Shown: one piece after another, positions 12,345 to 22,573 of the stretch
Layout: the number at the start of each line of letters is the position of its first letter
Numbering within the stretch: position 1 is the first letter of the stretch
IMG/VR virus record: IMGVR_UViG_3300024581_002845
Source of the DNA: a virus
Length of the DNA: 64,000 bases
Reading direction: 5' to 3' (one strand)
The notes under the pieces: generated by a model
Told to the model about the DNA's origin: nothing
The model's database searches: none
Seen by the model: only the letters and a program-made list of their open reading frames with translations
Program-made: the position numbers and the translations under genes

Positions 12345-15300
12345 TATTTAGGTCCAAAATTTTCGATGAATTTATCCCACGAAGTGTTCCCTTTCCTCAA
12401 ACCAAACATATAATGGAATGGTCCTGTTAATTCCATATGATGGTTGCCGTTATATTCTTTGTAGTTATCGTGAGATTGGTCCACAACACCATTAATCTCC
12501 AAACAATCTCTGATTGGTGGTAGTGCATATTCATCGTAATAATTATCATCCAAAGGGTTAGTGTTTTGATCGGTATTCATGTTACCCTTCATTTCCTGTA
12601 TTCTTTGGGTGTAGATAATGTTGTCCACCCAATCTTGTTTTTCACCATTTAGGTTAATAGTTGTTCCATTAAACCTTGTTTTATCTCCAAATCCGTCTCC
12701 CCACGTATTCCATCTATAATAGGGTACGTATTGAGAGTTGTCACCCAAAAACCCCGGTTTATTAAGACATACTCTAATTCTATATCCGTTGTATTCCACC
12801 GTCTCTGTGTCAGGGTCGTCTTCAGAATAAACGAAACTAATACCTACAGGTCCCTGTCCGTCAAATGAATCTATATAATCTAAGTATGGTGAATCATCTT
12901 CTTCTATTTCAAATGGGTATATACCTGTTTGTGTGTTGTAATTAAGTAATTGTACAATGTCACCATCCATTCTACCATTACCTCTGGCATCAAAAAGATC
13001 CGGAGCATCCAATCTACCTTTCTCTTTTATTTCTTTAGATTGTAAAACATACTCCATCAAATCATCAACAGGTTTGTAAGACGTTGATCCAATACTTCTC
13101 ACTACAGAACAGTTAGGGTCTAATTCAGGATCGACACAGACCTCATTTATCCAACTTGTTTTAGGTCCTAAATCAATAATTGTTGTTGGGTAGTTAATTT
13201 CTTTTCTTGGTGCCTGTTGTAACGGGTTTCTGTTTTGTCCATAAAACCCTTTATTATAATCACTACTATTAGGGTTCCAACTTTCAGACCATGGTGTTGA
13301 CCTATAATAGAAATGAGTCCCATTTTCATCTTTAACATGCACTAAATTATCAGTACAGTATCTATGATCGTCTGAGTTCCCTCTTTTCATGAATTGGAAG
13401 AAGTATAATGCCCCCGATAACCAACTATCACTGAATATGTATGATGTGATTCCACCACACATAATCATACCCAATCTTTTTCTCCTTATGTAATCGGCCA
13501 TTAATTTGTGATTCTTACCCGCTAACGGAACAATCGTATAAACCCCATCCCTAAATTCAGAATATCCTGATATAGTACCTTTTTTATCGGGGTCCATGAA
13601 CCTACCGTTTTCCGTTCTTTTTCTTCTCCTATTTGCCCTTGCCTTAAATGGTGCACCAATAACACATCTATACGACTTGTTTTGCCACCACCACGATCCC
13701 CCATCACGAGTGTGTACGGAAACAACCGCAGCATAATTGTCCTGTGGTCTTGGCCCACAAGGATCTTCATCATCACCAAAAGAGATGTCATAATCACTAT
13801 CTAATTGGTTATAAATTACATAACCATTTTGTCTTATGTTACTCTCACCCGGTACCCCATTATGCCATGGATTGTCTAACGTTGAAACCCCCGAACTTGT
13901 GGTTTCTTTTAGGTAATTTTTACTTAATAAGAAATCCCTTATCCCTGCATAGGTATAACCATCAAAACCAATTGCATTTAAATCCTCTGACGTTAGGTTG
14001 GTCCCACCGAATGGACCGGCAATGTTCGCATATGTTGTGGTGCCCCCCGTTAGCGGAATACCATTTCCTGTTGGTAGTGTCAATCCCACCAAATTCATAC
14101 TCCCATCGGGATCGTATATTGTATCATACTTTGAACATCCTTCTTCGATCTCAACATCCGAGGCGTCTACAGTTGGTGTGTCTATGTAGATTAATCTTTT
14201 AAAGTTAACAATACCTTGAGATGGGTGACAAGAGTTTGAATCTGTTTCATCAAAGTCTTTATTGTAAACCGCAGCAATGACCTGTCCTATTTCCGCATAT
14301 AAACCACTAATCGCATTATCGCCACTATCATCTATTGGATATGGGGTTCCTTTACCTATTTCAAAATAGTAATAATGATTATTTGTCTCACTACTCTCAA
14401 ACCCAAAACCTTGTGGGTCCCTCTCCCCTACATTATCAGGTACTATTTCTATCTCCAAAACATATCTATTTTCGTCAATTGATCCTTGTACCACAGACGA
14501 ACTTGCGATTTGTGTTTTTTGAGTTGATGTGAAGTAAAGGTCTAAATCTAATTTAGAACCCGACGCGGTCCCTAAATTAGTAACACTTATACTTCCTGTA
14601 GTTGCTGTAGGTGTTGATGTAGCATAAATCGTTACAATCTCCCCCGCAGATAAATCATACGTATTAGACCCACCACCACATGAATTATAACTTATTGTTG
14701 TACCACTACTATTGGTGGTTTCTGTTACTTCATACTCATTACATCCGGATCCAAATGAAGTTTGGTATTCCTCAATTAAGTTTTGGTTAGAGAAAATCGT
14801 TGTACCTATATTTCCTGACCTTAGGTCGTTAATATCAATCTCTTGAACGGTGAATTCTATTGGTTCCTGTTCATTGTCTTCAGAACATTTCTCACAATCG
14901 GGATATGTAACTAAACTAAACCTACTAATCCATCTATATTGTAATTTTTTGGCAAACACCATGAGGTCATTACCCGCCCTCTTAATCTTTTTTAATGGTA
15001 GACTTTGTATGACACCAGCAAAATCAAATAGAACTGAAAGAACAAATTCCTTAATAAATAAAATTATTGAATTTAGGACCTGTTCCAATAAAATTAAGAA
15101 ACCAATAATAAAGAAGTTAAAACGATGGTTTCTTACAGCTTCGTTAATTGGGAAGTAATTATTGGTTTGTGCACAGTCATCTTTTTCCGCTGGCCATATC
15201 TCTTTAATACCAATAAAAGATTCTCTCCTATCCTTAGTGAAAAAGGCGAATGTAGATTCTAACGCACTTTTTTTGTAATATTTGTTTAAGTATTGGGATA

Positions 15301-16678
15301 CCGTATAAACTCTACTGTACCTGAACTTATAAAAATAATCTTGTGGTATTCTAAACCTACCACCATCAATACTTTCCTGATCAGTACCTGTCATGTACGA
15401 TATCATCTCTGATGGGTAGTCATCTAAATTAACAGAAAACGCATAAGATTTCTTATCAATTGTTGAGTGTCTACCAAGATTTAAACTGTCGTTTTGATGG
15501 ATTTCTCTAATGTTAGGTATTAAAAATTTTGCGGTATATCTATTTCTTTCGCCCGTATCATCACCTAAAGACAACCTAAATCTATAGGTTCCTTCAGTTG
15601 CAATACCTTTTCGATAATCACTTGTTTCAACTAACTCACCAAACTCATTTGTGATTAGTCTTCTCTCATTCATTGGGACCCTAAAGAAGAACCTACCATG
15701 TTCATCAATTTGACTATCAATTGAAATTGCCTCTAAAATAGGTCTTCCATAATTTGGGGATTCGTCCGCATTTTTTTCGTATTGTCCACTAAATCTAATT
15801 GCTTCGATATCACCCTTAAATGTCGTTAATCGACATTTCTCCCCCATTTGGTTATCTACATTACAATTAACCCTAAGTGCGTCTTTACCTGAGTCGGTAA
15901 ATGTACCGCCCATCATTATAGCATATGGTTCAATTCTAATACCCCTATCTTTTAAGTCAAAGTCAGTTCTTGTAATTCCAATTTCACATAAATCTTCATT
16001 ACCCCAAAAAGGATAAACTTCTATTGATTTTTCGAACGTAACAATTTGTGGTAAACCATCTAAATTGTCGGATGACATGAAAGTATAATTATTCTCAAAT
16101 TTTTCGGGTGATGTACCTTCATATATAAAATCATAGGGCATTAATGAATTACATCCCATATCTGATAAATCAATATCAACATGTAGTGTTTGAGGCCCCA
16201 CAGGGACACCCCAAATCATAAAGTCTCCTGAATCATTTGTTTTTACAGTATACTTGTAATATTTCTCATATACCTCTAAAACCTCTTCTCTCCCTAAAAT
16301 GTCTTCTTGATCAGGAAATGTTCCTGTTGGTTTGTGCCCACTATGTTGTTTTCTTGAGGGTAATAAGTTATATCTATACCCCTCTTCTGTCCTATCCGTA
16401 GTTGATGTATATGGATATAACTCACTGATAATTGGGTCTTCAGCATCTTCATCTGACAGTGGTATGAATACTGAAATTCTCGCATTGGCCACTCCAACAC
16501 CGTCATTTACAGAGATACGACCACAAACAACACCATAATCCGCACATAAAGAAGTGTATATATCTTTTTGTGTGAATTTAAGTGACAAGATCTCTAAAAG
16601 ATCATAATCCTGTTTTAGTTCAACAGTTAATCTTTGATCCTTACCAATTTCTGTACGTATTCGGTGTCTCTGCATCAT
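12344..16678 (-). CDS. Large putative structural protein (1444 aa) with N-terminal carboxypeptidase-regulatory-like beta domain and an internal hydrophobic segment
   Basis: VVCGRISVNDGVGVANARISVF...TVKTNDSGDFMIWGVPVG pattern; hydrophobic run FNFFIIGFLILLEQVLNSIILFIKEFVLSVLF; follows the baseplate J-like gene. Confidence 0.6.
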   Translation of the reverse strand: MMQRHRIRTEIGKDQRLTVELKQDYDLLEILSLKFTQKDIYTSLCADYGVVCGRISVNDGVGVANARISVFIPLSDEDAEDPIISELYPYTSTTDRTEEGYRYNLLPSRKQHSGHKPTGTFPDQEDILGREEVLEVYEKYYKYTVKTNDSGDFMIWGVPVGPQTLHVDIDLSDMGCNSLMPYDFIYEGTSPEKFENNYTFMSSDNLDGLPQIVTFEKSIEVYPFWGNEDLCEIGITRTDFDLKDRGIRIEPYAIMMGGTFTDSGKDALRVNCNVDNQMGEKCRLTTFKGDIEAIRFSGQYEKNADESPNYGRPILEAISIDSQIDEHGRFFFRVPMNERRLITNEFGELVETSDYRKGIATEGTYRFRLSLGDDTGERNRYTAKFLIPNIREIHQNDSLNLGRHSTIDKKSYAFSVNLDDYPSEMISYMTGTDQESIDGGRFRIPQDYFYKFRYSRVYTVSQYLNKYYKKSALESTFAFFTKDRRESFIGIKEIWPAEKDDCAQTNNYFPINEAVRNHRFNFFIIGFLILLEQVLNSIILFIKEFVLSVLFDFAGVIQSLPLKKIKRAGNDLMVFAKKLQYRWISRFSLVTYPDCEKCSEDNEQEPIEFTVQEIDINDLRSGNIGTTIFSNQNLIEEYQTSFGSGCNEYEVTETTNSSGTTISYNSCGGGSNTYDLSAGEIVTIYATSTPTATTGSISVTNLGTASGSKLDLDLYFTSTQKTQIASSSVVQGSIDENRYVLEIEIVPDNVGERDPQGFGFESSETNNHYYYFEIGKGTPYPIDDSGDNAISGLYAEIGQVIAAVYNKDFDETDSNSCHPSQGIVNFKRLIYIDTPTVDASDVEIEEGCSKYDTIYDPDGSMNLVGLTLPTGNGIPLTGGTTTYANIAGPFGGTNLTSEDLNAIGFDGYTYAGIRDFLLSKNYLKETTSSGVSTLDNPWHNGVPGESNIRQNGYVIYNQLDSDYDISFGDDEDPCGPRPQDNYAAVVSVHTRDGGSWWWQNKSYRCVIGAPFKARANRRRKRTENGRFMDPDKKGTISGYSEFRDGVYTIVPLAGKNHKLMADYIRRKRLGMIMCGGITSYIFSDSWLSGALYFFQFMKRGNSDDHRYCTDNLVHVKDENGTHFYYRSTPWSESWNPNSSDYNKGFYGQNRNPLQQAPRKEINYPTTIIDLGPKTSWINEVCVDPELDPNCSVVRSIGSTSYKPVDDLMEYVLQSKEIKEKGRLDAPDLFDARGNGRMDGDIVQLLNYNTQTGIYPFEIEEDDSPYLDYIDSFDGQGPVGISFVYSEDDPDTETVEYNGYRIRVCLNKPGFLGDNSQYVPYYRWNTWGDGFGDKTRFNGTTINLNGEKQDWVDNIIYTQRIQEMKGNMNTDQNTNPLDDNYYDEYALPPIRDCLEINGVVDQSHDNYKEYNGNHHMELTGPFHYMFGLRKGNTSWDKFIENFGPK

Positions 16679-16738
16679 ATCATATAAATAGATTGGAACC
16701 TATTTTCCCATAATTAATAATAATACAGAAAAGAAAAA

Positions 16739-18571
16739 TTAAAATGTAGTGGAACCGAGAGTTTTGACCCTAATTTTTATGTCTTTATTTGGAAATCTTA
16801 CTTGAAAGATTTGATTACTCTTCATAAAAATTGTAGAGTCGGATTGTGAAATCTCTTTTGTGTCCTCATCATTATACCCTTGTGATACTTCTGCTGAAGA
16901 ATATTCACCTCCTGTTTTACCGTAAACTCTAAGATCAACTACGTTAACAACCCCTGTTATTTCAGATATTGTTTTTTGTAACTCACCAACAAATAGTGGG
17001 TCACCCATTTTTCTTTTATCTATCGAGAAGTGTTCCGATGCTGATGATATCACATCTTTTAAAATGTCTGTTTGGTTGTTATTCTTGTCAACCAATAAGT
17101 CTATTTCTAATCCTAAATCAATTACCTCACCACTTACGATATCGATATAATCATTTATCATTCTATAGTTAGTTAGGTACCTAAGGATGTTGTTCTTCAG
17201 TGTGTTAGATACGGTATCAGTTAAATTACCCGAATCATCGTATGATAATAACTTAATTCTGATCTTATTGTCTTCCTCCATTACGTTAACCTTCGCAGGT
17301 GCACCATAGGTAGAAGGCATTGTCTCAATTAACGTTTTATAGTCGTTGAGTGTAACCGCTCTATTTTGTGCTGCGAAATTATAACCAACCATGTTTCTTA
17401 TTTCTTCTATTGTTGGTTGATCCGCACCACCCACCGCTGGTGTTACGTTAGTTACATTCAATGATTGAATAACCTGATTATTTACGTTAGTTAGTGGTCC
17501 TGTGACATTGAATTCAACATTATCTACACTTGTAACAACATTTACCCCTAAATTGGTATTCTTACCTCCACCAACTCTATATTTTACGAATAGTGTTGAG
17601 TTAGTTTTAGGTGTTGCCCCTAACGATAGGTTATTAAGGTATGTTGCCAAATTGACTTTAAGACTACCGTCGTTAAATGAATCTAAGTTATCTAATGGGT
17701 CTACACTACCCGACCCGAACGTTACTGACATATATCCTTCAGGAGTATATTCAGTTATGAATTTATTTGTGACTCTTTTGTAATCTCCCGCGGTAAAATT
17801 AGATGTGTCTGAAGATGATGTTTTATTAGGAAGGAATACTTTATCCTCCATCAAACTCTTCACCTCATACCATCTATTTGATTCTGAACTAAATTCTGAT
17901 GATGTTGGGTTCGCATTATAATTTGTACCCTCTTTATGAATTATCGAAGTTACTCCCAATACATTTTGTTCAGGTAAGTAGATTTTAAAGAATGGTTTCT
18001 GATCCTGTGGTCCAATAACCCTTCTGAAAACTCTTGAGACACCGTTTACGACCGCATCTCTCTTAGTTATGGTATAGGATACTAATTTGTTATTTGAATC
18101 GAAATTAGGGATCTTAAGTCGATTTGGTTCTCCCTTACTGTTAAATGGTGTTGAAAAGTCAATATCTTCTATTGTTTCGAAAGTTTGTCCTCCACCCGAA
18201 ATCTGAGCACCTGCCTTTAGAATACCTAAGTATCTCTCATCTTCTTTATCCCCTCTTACAGGAACATTAATTGAGAAGTCACACAAAGACACTGACGGTC
18301 TATTACCGGGTATTCTAATACCATAAGTTTTTGCAATATGAAAAAGAGATCTTCTTTGTTGGGCAAAGTCCAACATAGTCTCTTGCCAAACTCTATCAAT
18401 ATGGTAGTGTAAGTTATCACCAATTGCAGCATTCAGATCTAATAACACAGAATAGATTGATGCGTCGTTGGTATTCTTTATTAAATCAGGATAGTAATCT
18501 TTTGTAAGATTAACCAACTCTTCTCTTAGTCCCGCAAAATCTCTTTTAGCGTATGAAATCTTTTTTGCCAT
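16739..18571 (-). CDS. Baseplate wedge subunit (T4 gp6 / baseplate J-like)
   Basis: N-terminal YAKRDFAGLR..L and ETMLDFAQQRRSLFHIAKTYG; YRVGGG..N, AVGGAD...EEIR and AQNRAVTLNDY motifs; adjacent to a gp25-like gene. Confidence 0.92.
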   Translation of the reverse strand: MAKKISYAKRDFAGLREELVNLTKDYYPDLIKNTNDASIYSVLLDLNAAIGDNLHYHIDRVWQETMLDFAQQRRSLFHIAKTYGIRIPGNRPSVSLCDFSINVPVRGDKEDERYLGILKAGAQISGGGQTFETIEDIDFSTPFNSKGEPNRLKIPNFDSNNKLVSYTITKRDAVVNGVSRVFRRVIGPQDQKPFFKIYLPEQNVLGVTSIIHKEGTNYNANPTSSEFSSESNRWYEVKSLMEDKVFLPNKTSSSDTSNFTAGDYKRVTNKFITEYTPEGYMSVTFGSGSVDPLDNLDSFNDGSLKVNLATYLNNLSLGATPKTNSTLFVKYRVGGGKNTNLGVNVVTSVDNVEFNVTGPLTNVNNQVIQSLNVTNVTPAVGGADQPTIEEIRNMVGYNFAAQNRAVTLNDYKTLIETMPSTYGAPAKVNVMEEDNKIRIKLLSYDDSGNLTDTVSNTLKNNILRYLTNYRMINDYIDIVSGEVIDLGLEIDLLVDKNNNQTDILKDVISSASEHFSIDKRKMGDPLFVGELQKTISEITGVVNVVDLRVYGKTGGEYSSAEVSQGYNDEDTKEISQSDSTIFMKSNQIFQVRFPNKDIKIRVKTLGSTTF

Positions 18572-18572
18572 C

Positions 18573-19025
18573 TTATATGTTAATTATAATAAAGTCTGAT
18601 GACGAAAACGCACCATTATTAACTGTATAGTCTATTTTAACCTTAGCCGTGTATGGTTTTGTACTTTCATCTGCCAATCTGAATAATCTCTCATCATCTT
18701 CTTCATCAACGGTGGTAACAGGATTAGTATCGTCCTCCGCAGAAATAACTCTAATTGAATTGATATCAAGATTTGGTAAGTACTTTTTACATCCTTCTCT
18801 AATCTCTTCCTCAATTAAGTTAAAAGTGATCATATCGTTTTGATCAAATATGTATTCGTATATCCTTGTACCGAAATCAGGTAAATAAAACCTACTTCCT
18901 TTCTTGGTTAGGATTAGATGTATCAAGTTTGACCTAACCTCTCTTTCAGGAGAAGTAGTCATACTTAAATAATCACCCGTAATACTTTCTCTAAACGGAA
19001 AGTCTATTCCATACTTTACTGCCAT
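18573..19025 (-). CDS. Baseplate wedge / sheath initiator (T4 gp25, GPW-like)
   Basis: GIDFPF...VRSNLIHLILTKKGSRFYLPDFGT motif. Start moved to the ATG at 19025 because the longer ORF-track start lies inside a terminator hairpin and upstream of the TATTTAT motif. Confidence 0.9.
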   Translation of the reverse strand: MAVKYGIDFPFRESITGDYLSMTTSPEREVRSNLIHLILTKKGSRFYLPDFGTRIYEYIFDQNDMITFNLIEEEIREGCKKYLPNLDINSIRVISAEDDTNPVTTVDEEDDERLFRLADESTKPYTAKVKIDYTVNNGAFSSSDFIIINI

Positions 19026-19060
19026 ACTAATAAATATAATCAATGTTAAAATGAGGATAA

Positions 19061-19092
19061 ATAAAAAACCCCTCAAGAATGAGGGGTTTAAA
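19061..19092 (-). terminator. Rho-independent terminator after nrdA
   Basis: Stem AAACCCCTCA / TGAGGGGTTT with a 4-nt loop, followed by a T-run on the minus strand. Confidence 0.85.
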
Positions 19093-19112
19093 AAATAGAG
19101 TCAAAAAATCAG

Positions 19113-21566
19113 TTATGAACCACAACCTTCACATTCAAAAGGTGAATCATCAGGTCTTATAGTTGGTTGTGAAACCATTTCGAGTTCTTTATTATCACTG
19201 ATTAGTGAATTAGATGTTGGTGATGGATTCTCAGTTTGTTCTGATATCACTTCTTTTTGTGTCTCAGGTTTTGGTTGTGATTTATTTGTATTCACACCCA
19301 ATCCTTTAAGTGGATCCACAGCCGAACGAGTTCTTAAGTAATACATACCTGTTTTCAATCCTAATGACCACCCATGTAAGTGTGCCGCCAATAGTTTCGC
19401 CTTAGTCGCATTACTAATGAACAAGTTTAAAGATTGTGATTGGTCAATAAACACAGATCTTCTCGCTGCCATATTTAATAATCGTTTCTGTGACATCTCC
19501 CAAACAGTCTTATAAATTTCCTTTATTTCGGTTGGGATCTCAGGGATATTCTGCACCGATCCATTCTCTAAAATCAATTTATTCTTGATCTCATCATTCC
19601 ATAAACCTGAATCCATAAGTTCTTTAACAAGGTGTTTATTTATCACAATAAACTCACCACCCAAAGTTCTTCTCGAATATAGGTTAGAGGTAAATGGTTC
19701 AAACGCTTCATTATTACCAAGAATTTGTGCGGTTGATGCTGTTGGCATTGGTGCAAACAGTAATGAATTTCTCACACCGAATTTAACCACTTCTTTTCTC
19801 AATGATTTCCAATCCCATCTTCCTGATAAATCACCATCTTTTAATCCCCACATTTGGTATTGGAACACACCTTTTTCTATTGGCGATCCTGAGATACTCT
19901 CATATGGTCCTACTTCCTTAGATAGGTCTTTAGATGATGTCATCGCCGCGAAATAAATAGTTTCAAATATTTCAGTTTGTAAATCATCAGCAACTTCACT
20001 TTCAAATGGTAATCTTAGTTTACAGAATACATCCGCCAACCCTTGAATACCAAGTCCAACGGGTCTATGTCTAAAATTAGAACGTTTAGTTTCCTCAGTT
20101 GGATAGAAGTTTAAATCAATTACGTTATTTAAGTTTCTAACAACCTGATAAACATACTCATACAGTAGTTGGTGATTAAACTCACCATCGACAATATACT
20201 TAGGTAACGCAATAGATGCAAGGTTACATACCGCCTGTTCTGTTGGTGAACTGTATTCAATAATTTCAGTACAAAGGTTTGATGATTTAATAGTACCTAA
20301 GTTTTGTTGGTTAGATTTAGCATTCGCAGAATCTTTATACAACATGTATGGAGTACCTGTTTCAATCTGTGCGGTTAGGATGGCGTCCATTAATTTTCTC
20401 GCCTTAACCGATCTTCTTCCTTTCCCTTCTTTTTCGTACTGTGTGTAAAGTTTAGTGAAGTCTTTGGATTTTGGTGAATCAAAAACATCAGAAAGACCCG
20501 GTGCCTCATCAGGTGAGAATAAGGTCCAATCCTCATCATTTTTAACTCTCTCCATAAACAGGTCAGGTGTCCACATTGCAAGGAATAAATCTCTTGCTCT
20601 CATTTCTTCCTTACCGTGATTCTTTCTTAATTCAATAAATTCAAATACATCTGCGTGCCATGGTTCCAAATAGATTGCAAAAGAACCTTTTCTCTTACCA
20701 CCCTGATTGATCCATCGTGCAACTTCGTTGTATGTTTTCATCATAGGGATAAGACCGTCTGACTCACCACCTGTACCTTTAATGTAAGAACCCTTCGCTC
20801 TAACATCATGTACGTGGAGCCCAATACCTCCTGCCCATTTTGAAATATTCGCAACATCTTTAACAGTATCGAATAAACCATTAATGTCATCACCCTTATT
20901 TCCGATTAAGAAACATGATGACATCTGTGGTCTTCTTGTACCCGCATTAAATAATGTCGGTGTTGCGTGTGTGTAGAAGTGTTGAGATAAGTCATCATAG
21001 ATACGTAGACCCATTTCAAGGTCTCCGTTACATATACCCAATGCAACTCTCATATACATGTATTGAGGTCTTTCCACAATCCTGTTGGAAATCCTTAAAA
21101 GGTATGATCTCTCAAGAGTTTTAAATCCGAAATAATCGAAATCAAAATCCCTCTCCTGTACAATTGCACCATCAATCGCCGCTCTGTTCGCCTTAACGAA
21201 GTCGTACAATTCATCAGAAATTAAAGAAGATTCTTTACCTGTTCTTGGTTCAATAAACGAGTAAAGTTCTTTAATAGATTGGGAAAACTTCTTTGGTGTT
21301 GTCTTATGTAAGTTAGTGACCGCCAATCTCCCTGCTAATTTTGCATAGTCAGGGTGAGTGGTTGTCATTGATGCGGCGGTCTCTGCCGCTAATTGATCTA
21401 ATTCAGTAGTTGAAATTTCATCATAAATCCCTTGTGTAACTTTTAAGGTGATATATGTTGGGTCAACGTAGTCAATGTTGAGATCTGAACACAAGGCGGA
21501 TATTCTCCTTGTGATTTTATCATATCTCATTTCTTCTAACGATCCGTCTCTCTTTTTTACCTTCAT
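19113..21566 (-). CDS. nrdA: Ribonucleoside-diphosphate reductase class Ia, alpha subunit with ATP cone
   Basis: N-terminal VKKRDG ATP cone; TPTLFNAGT, SSCF, SNLCTEI (thiyl Cys), PMPTAST, KTGMYYLR; C-terminal CEGCGS. Confidence 0.98.
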   Translation of the reverse strand: MKVKKRDGSLEEMRYDKITRRISALCSDLNIDYVDPTYITLKVTQGIYDEISTTELDQLAAETAASMTTTHPDYAKLAGRLAVTNLHKTTPKKFSQSIKELYSFIEPRTGKESSLISDELYDFVKANRAAIDGAIVQERDFDFDYFGFKTLERSYLLRISNRIVERPQYMYMRVALGICNGDLEMGLRIYDDLSQHFYTHATPTLFNAGTRRPQMSSCFLIGNKGDDINGLFDTVKDVANISKWAGGIGLHVHDVRAKGSYIKGTGGESDGLIPMMKTYNEVARWINQGGKRKGSFAIYLEPWHADVFEFIELRKNHGKEEMRARDLFLAMWTPDLFMERVKNDEDWTLFSPDEAPGLSDVFDSPKSKDFTKLYTQYEKEGKGRRSVKARKLMDAILTAQIETGTPYMLYKDSANAKSNQQNLGTIKSSNLCTEIIEYSSPTEQAVCNLASIALPKYIVDGEFNHQLLYEYVYQVVRNLNNVIDLNFYPTEETKRSNFRHRPVGLGIQGLADVFCKLRLPFESEVADDLQTEIFETIYFAAMTSSKDLSKEVGPYESISGSPIEKGVFQYQMWGLKDGDLSGRWDWKSLRKEVVKFGVRNSLLFAPMPTASTAQILGNNEAFEPFTSNLYSRRTLGGEFIVINKHLVKELMDSGLWNDEIKNKLILENGSVQNIPEIPTEIKEIYKTVWEMSQKRLLNMAARRSVFIDQSQSLNLFISNATKAKLLAAHLHGWSLGLKTGMYYLRTRSAVDPLKGLGVNTNKSQPKPETQKEVISEQTENPSPTSNSLISDNKELEMVSQPTIRPDDSPFECEGCGS

Positions 21567-21577
21567 CTGTATTCGTA

Positions 21578-22552
21578 TTAAAAGTCCATGTCTCCGAACG
21601 CAGAATCAAGGTCTTCTTCGGTGTCGTTATTCACTCCCGCTTTTTGGTATTCTGCAACTCTTTTTTCAAAGAAGTTGGTTTTACCTTGAAGTGCGATGTT
21701 TTGCATAAAGTCAAATGGATTTTCAGAGTTGAAGTGTTTAGGTACACCCAACGAATCTAATAATCTATCAGTAACAAACTCTAAGTATTGAGACATGAGG
21801 TCTGAATTCATACCGATCAGTCTAACAGGTAGTGCCTCAAGAATAAATTCTTTTTCAATCTCAAGTGCAGAAAGAATGATCTCCTTAATTCTATCGTTTG
21901 ATAGTTTATTTTGGATATGACTATTATAGAGGTGACATGCGAAGTCACAGTGTAGTCCCTCATCTCTTGAAATTAACTCATTAGAGAATGTTAGTCCCGG
22001 CATTAATCCTCTCTTCTTTAACCAAAAGATTGAACAGAATGACCCTGAAAAGAAAATACCCTCAACCGCAGCGAACGCAATTAGTCTTTCCGCAAAACTT
22101 GGTGATTCGATCCACTTAAGTGCCCATTTTGCTTTCTTCTCGATTGCGGGGATCGTCTCTATTGCATTAAATAACTTATTTTGTTCATCAGTATCCTTAA
22201 TATATGTGTCAATCAATAACGAGTACGTTTCGCTGTGGATGTTCTCCATTGCAATTTGGAATCCATAGAAGAACTTTGCCTCAGTGTATTGTACCTCATT
22301 AACGAAGTTTTCTGCGAGGTTCTCATTAACAATACCATCTGACGCGGCAAAGAAGGCCAATACGTGTTTAACGAAATGTTTTTCATCATCGTTTAACTTG
22401 TTTGCCCAATCACTTACGTCTTGGTTTAAGTCAATTTCTTCCGCAGTCCAAAAGGATGCTTCTTGTTGTTTATAGAACTTCCATATATCATGGTGTTCGA
22501 TAGGAAAAAGGACAAAACGCCCCGGATTTTCTTGTAAAATCTTTTCTGTCAT
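21578..22552 (-). CDS. nrdB: Ribonucleoside-diphosphate reductase class Ia, beta subunit
   Basis: [43 protein letters not shown] di-iron motifs; [10 protein letters not shown]. Confidence 0.98.
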   Translation of the reverse strand: MTEKILQENPGRFVLFPIEHHDIWKFYKQQEASFWTAEEIDLNQDVSDWANKLNDDEKHFVKHVLAFFAASDGIVNENLAENFVNEVQYTEAKFFYGFQIAMENIHSETYSLLIDTYIKDTDEQNKLFNAIETIPAIEKKAKWALKWIESPSFAERLIAFAAVEGIFFSGSFCSIFWLKKRGLMPGLTFSNELISRDEGLHCDFACHLYNSHIQNKLSNDRIKEIILSALEIEKEFILEALPVRLIGMNSDLMSQYLEFVTDRLLDSLGVPKHFNSENPFDFMQNIALQGKTNFFEKRVAEYQKAGVNNDTEEDLDSAFGDMDF

Positions 22553-22573
22553 CTTATAAAATTTAATTGTTAA

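Noticed and set aside
19026-19076. Hydrophobic N-terminal signal peptide on the gp25-like ORF (MRGFLFILILTLIIFIS)
   Set aside because: Arises from extending the ORF through the terminator and AT-rich promoter region; the likely start is ATG 19025.
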